A model generated the notes under the pieces. That model saw nothing but the letters and a program-made list of their open reading frames with translations, was not told where the DNA came from and did not search any database. Below, piece by piece: positions 58,263-64,000 of a stretch of DNA of 64,000 nt. This DNA comes from an uncultured Luteimonas sp. (lineage in GTDB: Bacteria > Pseudomonadota > Gammaproteobacteria > Xanthomonadales > Xanthomonadaceae). Location of the stretch: assembly GCA_938008415.1 (NCBI GenBank), contig CALLKI010000063.1, forward strand, positions 5,348 through 69,347. The letters run 5' to 3'. Each line of letters begins with the position of its first letter. Within the stretch, counting starts at the first letter, position 1. The translations under genes and the position numbers were made by a program.

Positions 58263-60147
58263 CCGGCAGGCAAGGCGACGACGGCAGGCGATCCGCCGTG
58301 GAAGTGCCCCGGTTCGACGGCAAGGCCTTCGCGCGCGGGCTGAGCACGGCCCCCGGCGTCTACCGCATGTACGCCGCCGACGGCAGCGTGCTCTACGTCG
58401 GCAAGGCGGGTGCGCTGCGCAAGCGCGTGGCCAGCTACTTCAACAGCTCGCCGAAGTCGCCGCGGACCCGGGCGATGCTGGCCCAGGTCGCGCGCATGGA
58501 GGTCACGGTCACCCGTACCGAGGCCGAGGCGCTGCTGCTGGAGAACCAGCTGATCAAGTCGCTCAAGCCGCGCTACAACGTGCTGCTGCGCGACGACAAG
58601 AGCTATCCCTACGTGCTGCTGACGCAGGAGGCTTGGCCGCGGATCGCCATGCACCGTGGGGCGCGCAGCGTGCCGGGGCGCTACTTCGGCCCGTACACCA
58701 GCGTTGGCGCGGTACGCGAGACCCTGAACGTGATGCAGAAGCTGTTCCGCCTGCGCACCTGCGAGGACAGCGTGTTCCGCAACCGTTCGCGGCCGTGCCT
58801 GCAGTACCAGATCGGCCGCTGCACGGCGCCCTGCGTCGGTCTGGTGGGCGCGGAGGAGTACGCCGAGTCCGTACGCCGCGCCGGGCTGTTCCTCGACGGG
58901 CGCAGCGACGAGCTCACCCGCGAGCTGGGCGAGGCGATGGAGGCGGCGAGCGCACGGCTCGACTTCGAGGAGGCCGCGCGGTTGCGCGACCTGATCGCGG
59001 ACATCCGCACGGTACAGGCGCGCCAGTACGTGGATGGCGACGCGGCAGACCTCGACGTGCTGGCCTGCGCGATGCAGGGCTCGCTGGCCTGCGTCCTGCT
59101 GCTGGTGTTCCGCGACGGCCGCAACCTCGGTACCCGCGCGTTCTTCCCGAAGACCAACGGCGCCACGGATCCTGCCGAGGTGCTGGCCGCGTTCGTGTCC
59201 CAGTACTACGCGGCGCACCCGCCGCCGCGCGAGATCGTGCTCGACCGCGCGATCGAGGACGTGGAACTGCTGCAGGAGGCATTCCCGGTCGCCGCCGGGC
59301 GCAAGGTCGCGATCAAGACCAGCGTCCGCGGCGAGCGCGCGCGTTACCTCGAGATGGCCAGGCGCAACGCCGCGCTGGCGCTTGCCAGCGAGGCGGGCAG
59401 CCAGGCCACGCAGCGGCTGCGGCTGGCGGCGCTGCAGGAACTGCTGGGGCTGGAGGAGCCCCCGCAGCGGATCGAATGCTTCGACATCAGCCACACCATG
59501 GGCGAGGCGACGGTCGCATCATGCGTGGTGTTCGACGCCGAAGGCGCGGTCCGCGGGCAGTACCGGCGCTACAACATCACCGGGATCACGCCGGGCGACG
59601 ACTACGCGGCCATGCACCAGGCGCTGGAACGGCGTTTCCGGCGCGCGGCCACCGGGGACGGCGTGCTGCCGGACGTGCTGTTGATCGACGGCGGGGCGGG
59701 GCAGGTCGCGCAGGCGAAGGCGGTGCTGGCCGACCTCGGCATCGACGGCGTGGCCGTGGTCGGCGTCGCCAAGGGGCCCGGGCGCCGGCCGGGGCACGAG
59801 GCGCTGCTGCTGCCGGACGGGCGCGAGGCGCGCCCCGGGCCGGATTCACCCGCCCTGCACCTGGTCCAGCAGGTGCGCGACGAGGCGCACCGCTTCGCCA
59901 TCACCGGCCACCGCGGGCGCCGGCAGAAGGCACGTACCACCAGCCGGCTGGAGGACATCCCCGGCATCGGGCCGCGGCGCCGCGCGAGCCTGCTGCGCCA
60001 TTTCGGGGGGCTCGCGGGCCTGAAGGCCGCCGGCGAGGAGGAGATCGCCCAGGTCGAAGGCATCAGCCGGGCGCTGGCGGCGAGAATCTATGCGACCCTG
60101 CATGGGCTGGATGTTCCGGACGGGGGATCGCAGGAAGAAGAGGCGAC

Positions 60148-60151
<4 letters not shown>
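58259..60151 (+). CDS. uvrC: Excinuclease ABC subunit C
   Basis: ATGA overlap with the upstream gene. GIY-YIG (GVYRMYAADGSVLYVGKA...YFNS), a UVR domain (FEEAARLRD), and a C-terminal (HhH)2 (IPGIGPRRRASLLRHFG). Confidence 0.96.
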
Positions 60152-60858
<707 letters not shown>

Positions 60859-60867
60859 GATACCCAG

Positions 60868-60894
60868 AACCCCGGCTCCGCCGGGGTTTTGTTT
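60868..60894 (+). terminator. Terminator-like hairpin between tRNA-Gly and tRNA-Cys
   Basis: AACCCCGG-CTCCG-CCGGGGTT is followed by the TTTTGTTT tract. Confidence 0.5.
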
Positions 60895-60939
60895 GACAGC
60901 CGCCGCGGGAGTTATCCTTGATCCCCAGCGACGGTCACC

Positions 60940-61013
60940 GGCCTGGTGGCAGAGTGGTTATGCAGCGGACTGCAAATCCGCGTACGCCGGTTCGATTCCG
61001 ACCCAGGCCTCCA
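60940..61013 (+). tRNA. tRNA-Cys (anticodon GCA)
   Basis: Acceptor GGCCTGG/CCAGGCC, anticodon arm GCGGA-CTGCAAA-TCCGC, T loop TTCGATT, encoded CCA; 74 nt. There is one C-A mismatch in the T stem by my fold. Confidence 0.87.
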
Positions 61014-61027
61014 TCCTTCCGGCCGCC

Positions 61028-61114
61028 GCCCGGGTGGCGAAACCGGTAGACGCAAGGGACTTAAAATCCCTCGGTGGCAACACCATGTGGGTTCGAGTCC
61101 CACCCCGGGCACCA
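61028..61114 (+). tRNA. tRNA-Leu (anticodon UAA), type II with long variable arm
   Basis: Acceptor GCCCGGG/CCCGGGC, anticodon arm AGGGA-CTTAAAA-TCCCT, variable arm CGGTGGCAACACCATG, T arm GTGGG-TTCGAGT-CCCAC, encoded CCA; 87 nt. Confidence 0.93.
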
Positions 61115-61143
61115 GCGATGGTGCAACACCATGCAGCGTGGGG

Positions 61144-61166
61144 AAACGGGCCGCGGGGCCCGTTTT
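61144..61166 (+). terminator. Intrinsic terminator after the tRNA cluster
   Basis: AAACGGGCC-GCGG-GGCCCGTTT is a 9-bp stem running into TTTT. Confidence 0.6.
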
Positions 61167-61268
61167 CCGTATCCGGGGCCAGGGCAGGGCGGCAGGCACG
61201 CGCCGCGCCATTGATGTACCGGCACCCGGCGGGACGGAGCAGGCACGGGCTGGTCCGCGGTCGCCCCG

Positions 61269-61565
61269 TCAGCGGTGCGCGACGAACTCCTCCCGGGTGT
61301 CCCCCGTGCAGGCCTTTTCCCCGGCGGCCAGGCCGTCGACGTAGCCGGTCACGTACCGCCTGTTCTTCCGGGCGGCCCCGGTGGCCGTTCCCGGGCGTCC
61401 GGGGCTTGCCGGCCCGCAGGCGCGTTCGTAGCCCGCGATGAACCCGTCCCGGAAGCCGGAACCGTCGTCGTAGCCCGATTCAATGTCATGGCCGCATCCG
61501 GTCATGGCCAGCGCGGCCAAGGCCATCGCCGCCCAGGCGGCGGGCCGCATGCATGTTTTCCCCAT
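61269..61565 (-). CDS. Small hypothetical lipoprotein
   Basis: It is the last 98 codons of ORF 61269..63767. ATG at 61565 (alternative at 61550). Signal/lipobox AAMALAALAMTGC. No recognised domain. Confidence 0.5.
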   Translation of the reverse strand: MGKTCMRPAAWAAMALAALAMTGCGHDIESGYDDGSGFRDGFIAGYERACGPASPGRPGTATGAARKNRRYVTGYVDGLAAGEKACTGDTREEFVAHR

Positions 61566-61823
61566 GGCAATCTCCCGGGCGAGACGCCCGGAAGCAGGCA
61601 AGCATGTTTCATGCCATTCCGGAGCGTCCTGCAAGTGCCTGTCGCATCGGGGGCGAGCCGATTGCCGCGTCGCGGCCACGTGGGGCCGGTTGACGCATTG
61701 TGACAGGTTGCAACACGAAGCGTCCGTGCCGGGAGAAGAAGGCCGGGCCCGGAGGCCGGCGGTGAGCGGGCGAAAGCCCCCTACAATGCGGCGGGCCGGC
61801 CCGGAGCCCGGTGCGATCTGCGG

Positions 61824-63455
61824 ATGAGGAAGATGAGCCGTTACCTGGTCTATGGCGTCTGCGTGGTGATGACCGCACTGTCGTTGGCGTTGGCGTGGAC
61901 GCGGCCGCAGTGGCTCTGGGCAGGCGTGCCGTTTGCCGCTCTGGCGGTGCTCGGTACCGTGGATATCCTCCAGCGGCGGGCCACGTTGCGCCGCAACTAC
62001 CCGATCCTGGCGCACTTCCGCTACGGCTTCGAATCGATCCGGCCCGAGATCCGCCAGTACTTCATCGAGGACGACCTGGCCGAGGTGCCGTTCTCGCGTG
62101 AGCAGCGCGCGCTGGTGTACCAGCGCGCCAAGAACACGATGGACGTGGTGCCGTTCGGCAGCGAGCACGATCCGTATGGCGTGGACTACGAGTGGATCAA
62201 CCACTCGCTGCAGCCGGCGCACCCGTCCACGCACGACTTCCGGTTGACCATCGGCGCGCAGGCCACGCAGCCGTACGACGCCAGCGTGTTCAACATCTCG
62301 GCGATGAGCTTCGGCGCGTTGTCCGCAAACGCGATCCGCGCGCTCAACGAGGGCGCGAAGCGGGGACGCTTCTACCATGACACCGGAGAGGGCTCGATCT
62401 CCGAGTACCACCGCGAGCGCGGCGGCGACCTGGTCTGGGAGATCGGCTCTGGCTACTTCGGCTGCCGCGACGAACGGGGCGACTTCGACCCCGAAAGGTT
62501 CGCCGCGCGCGCGCGCGACCCCCAGGTGAAGATGATCGAGGTCAAGCTGTCGCAGGGCGCCAAGCCGGGCCACGGCGGCGTGCTCCCGGCGGCCAAGGTC
62601 AGCCCGGAGATCGCAAGGGCGCGTGGCGTGGCGGTGGGCGTGGACTGCGTGTCCCCGGCATCGCATTCGGCGTTCTCGACGCCGGTCGGTCTGCTCGAGT
62701 TCGTGGCCAGGCTGCGCGAGCTGTCGGGCGGCAAGCCGGTCGGCTTCAAGCTGGCCATCGGCCACCCGTGGGAATGGTTTGGCGTGGCCAGGGCCATGCT
62801 CGAGACCGGGCTGCTGCCGGACTTCATCGTGGTGGATGGCGCCGAGGGTGGCACCGGCGCGGCCCCGGCGGAGTTCATCCACCATGTCGGCGTGCCGATG
62901 CACGAGGGCCTGATGCTGGTCCACAACACCCTGGTCGGCATCGGCCTGCGCGACCGGGTCCGGATCGGCGCGGCCGGCAGGATCACCGGCGCCTTCGACA
63001 TCGCGCGCACGATCGCGATGGGCGCGGACTGGTGCAACGCCGCGCGTGCCTTCATGTTCGCGCTGGGCTGCATCCAGTCGCGCAGCTGCCACAACGACCG
63101 CTGCCCGACGGGCATCGCCACCCAGGACCCGCGGCGCTGGAAGGCGCTCGACGTGGAGGACAAGGCGGCGCGGGTGTTCAACTACCACCAGAACACGCTC
63201 AAGGCGCTGCGCGACCTGCTCGGCGCGGCGGGACTGGAACATCCGTCGCAGCTCGGGCCGGAACACATCCTGCGCCGGGTCTCGCCGACCGAGGTGCGCT
63301 CGCTGGCCTCGCTCTACCATTTCCTCGAGCCCGGCGAACTGCTCGACCGCATGCCCGGGCACCGCGTGTTCCGCGACTTCTGGCCGCATGCGCGCAGCGA
63401 CAGCTTCCACCCTCCCGAGCGCGTGCTGAGGCTGCGCGGAAGAAAGTGGCATTAG
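61824..63455 (+). CDS. FMN-binding glutamate synthase-family protein (GltB domain-2-like, membrane-anchored)
   Basis: It has N-terminal TM segments. Motifs KLSQGAKPGHGG, DFIVVDGAEGGTGAAP and CHNDRCPTGIATQD match the glutamate-synthase FMN domain family. Confidence 0.88.
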   Translation: MRKMSRYLVYGVCVVMTALSLALAWTRPQWLWAGVPFAALAVLGTVDILQRRATLRRNYPILAHFRYGFESIRPEIRQYFIEDDLAEVPFSREQRALVYQRAKNTMDVVPFGSEHDPYGVDYEWINHSLQPAHPSTHDFRLTIGAQATQPYDASVFNISAMSFGALSANAIRALNEGAKRGRFYHDTGEGSISEYHRERGGDLVWEIGSGYFGCRDERGDFDPERFAARARDPQVKMIEVKLSQGAKPGHGGVLPAAKVSPEIARARGVAVGVDCVSPASHSAFSTPVGLLEFVARLRELSGGKPVGFKLAIGHPWEWFGVARAMLETGLLPDFIVVDGAEGGTGAAPAEFIHHVGVPMHEGLMLVHNTLVGIGLRDRVRIGAAGRITGAFDIARTIAMGADWCNAARAFMFALGCIQSRSCHNDRCPTGIATQDPRRWKALDVEDKAARVFNYHQNTLKALRDLLGAAGLEHPSQLGPEHILRRVSPTEVRSLASLYHFLEPGELLDRMPGHRVFRDFWPHARSDSFHPPERVLRLRGRKWH

Positions 63456-63675
63456 CCCGAAGCGGCCTTCCTGGCGCCGGCCTCCGGCCCGGCGCGCCGT
63501 GCCGGACGGGCCGGGGTGGGGCAAACCCGGGACGCGAGTCCGCTTTCGCCGGCGGTCCGCTTCGTCCTTCCCGCCCCCCGCGAAGGGGTTTTCCCCGCTC
63601 CCGCGTCCGTGGATCATCCGGGCACCCGGAACGCAGGGCCGGGTGCGGTTGGGAGGCGGAGGCGCCGGCGCCTGC

Positions 63676-64000
63676 TCAGGCGCCGCCCGTGCCGTTCTCC
63701 GGGATCGCGGCATCGCCGCGCGACTGCCGGGTGACGACACTGGTCGCGGCCAGGTCGCCGGTGACATTGCCGAGCGTGGCGAACATGTCCGGCACGGTGT
63801 CCACCGCGAGCAGGATGCCCAGCGGCTCGGTCGGCAGGCCCATGGCCTGGGTCACCGGCAGGTTGGTGGTCATGAAGATGGCCTGCCCGGGCAGGCCGAC
63901 CGAGCCCATGCTGATCACCGTCGCCAGCGCGGCGCCGGCGGCGAGCTGGGCGAAGCCGAGGTCGATGCCGTAGATCCAGGCGATGAACGCGGCCACGCAC
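63676..64000 (-). CDS. Dicarboxylate/amino acid:cation symporter (DAACS family), 3' part only; continues beyond the window
   Basis: The frame is open to the window end. SVGLPGQAIFM...LAVDTVPDMFATLGNVTGDLAATSVV matches the DAACS C-terminal HP2/TM8 region. Confidence 0.85.
   Translation of the reverse strand, partial: CVAAFIAWIYGIDLGFAQLAAGAALATVISMGSVGLPGQAIFMTTNLPVTQAMGLPTEPLGILLAVDTVPDMFATLGNVTGDLAATSVVTRQSRGDAAIPENGTGGA

Noticed and set aside
52651-59494. Long antisense ORFs 52651..54555-, 54045..56534-, 56571..58244-, 57878..59494- and the plus-frame fusions 52797..55508, 57140..60151, 58633..60792
   Set aside because: The minus-strand ones are antisense artefacts. The plus-strand ones are real genes (lpxK, uvrC, pgsA) whose frames happen to stay open far upstream, and homology-consistent internal ATGs at ATGA junctions were used instead.
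63456-63675. Possible small gene or repeat related to the 433/750 unit in the convergent gap before the DAACS gene
   Set aside because: Only short GC palindromes are present (for example GCACCCGG-N9-CCGGGTGC at 63622-46), consistent with terminators for the convergent genes. The sequence is not alignable to the REP-like unit.

Overview
This is a very GC-rich chromosomal segment; third codon positions are almost all G/C, and long spurious antisense ORFs are everywhere. Gene content and order are those of a gammaproteobacterial core genome. Recognisable blocks are rne/rluC (divergent), cmk-rpsA-ihfB, ndk-rlmN-pilW-rodZ, yfgM-bamB-der, comEC-exbBD-msbA-lpxK-kdsB, and uvrC-pgsA followed by tRNA Gly/Cys/Leu. 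By inference only, the L36 type-B sequence, pilW and the proline-rich 'transmembrane repetitive' protein fit Xanthomonadales/Lysobacterales best. I call 56 protein-coding genes (2 cut by the window edges; one, L36, is absent from the supplied ORF track) and 3 tRNAs. I also call a small repeat family, several intrinsic-terminator hairpins and a few promoter/operator candidates. I see no rRNA, CRISPR array, transposase, integrase or phage genes, and no defence-island hallmarks. I did not find a convincing novel multi-gene system; the window looks like ordinary core genome with a few accessory-looking genes. The leads most worth a second look are: (1) a 600-nt non-coding island with REP-like hairpin repeats at 397-1001; (2) an orphan intrinsic terminator with a mini-ORF in the tetR/ndk divergent region; (3) a perfect PsrA-type operator in front of a tetR-fadB-fadA operon; (4) a near-consensus sigma70 promoter for the tRNA operon buried in the non-conserved tail of pgsA, whose ORF runs 10 nt into tRNA-Gly; (5) TAGAAT hexamers 6-7 nt upstream of the nfuA and kdsB start codons (candidate leaderless mRNAs); (6) a conserved-looking but uncharacterised proline-rich repetitive membrane protein; (7) an adaptor + two-permease RND operon with a CPBP protease gene that abuts a convergent TraB-family gene with zero intergenic bases; (8) a stripped-down ihfB...wbpL-wbpM locus. 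All functional calls rest on motifs I can read in the translations and on remembered family signatures. No database search was run.
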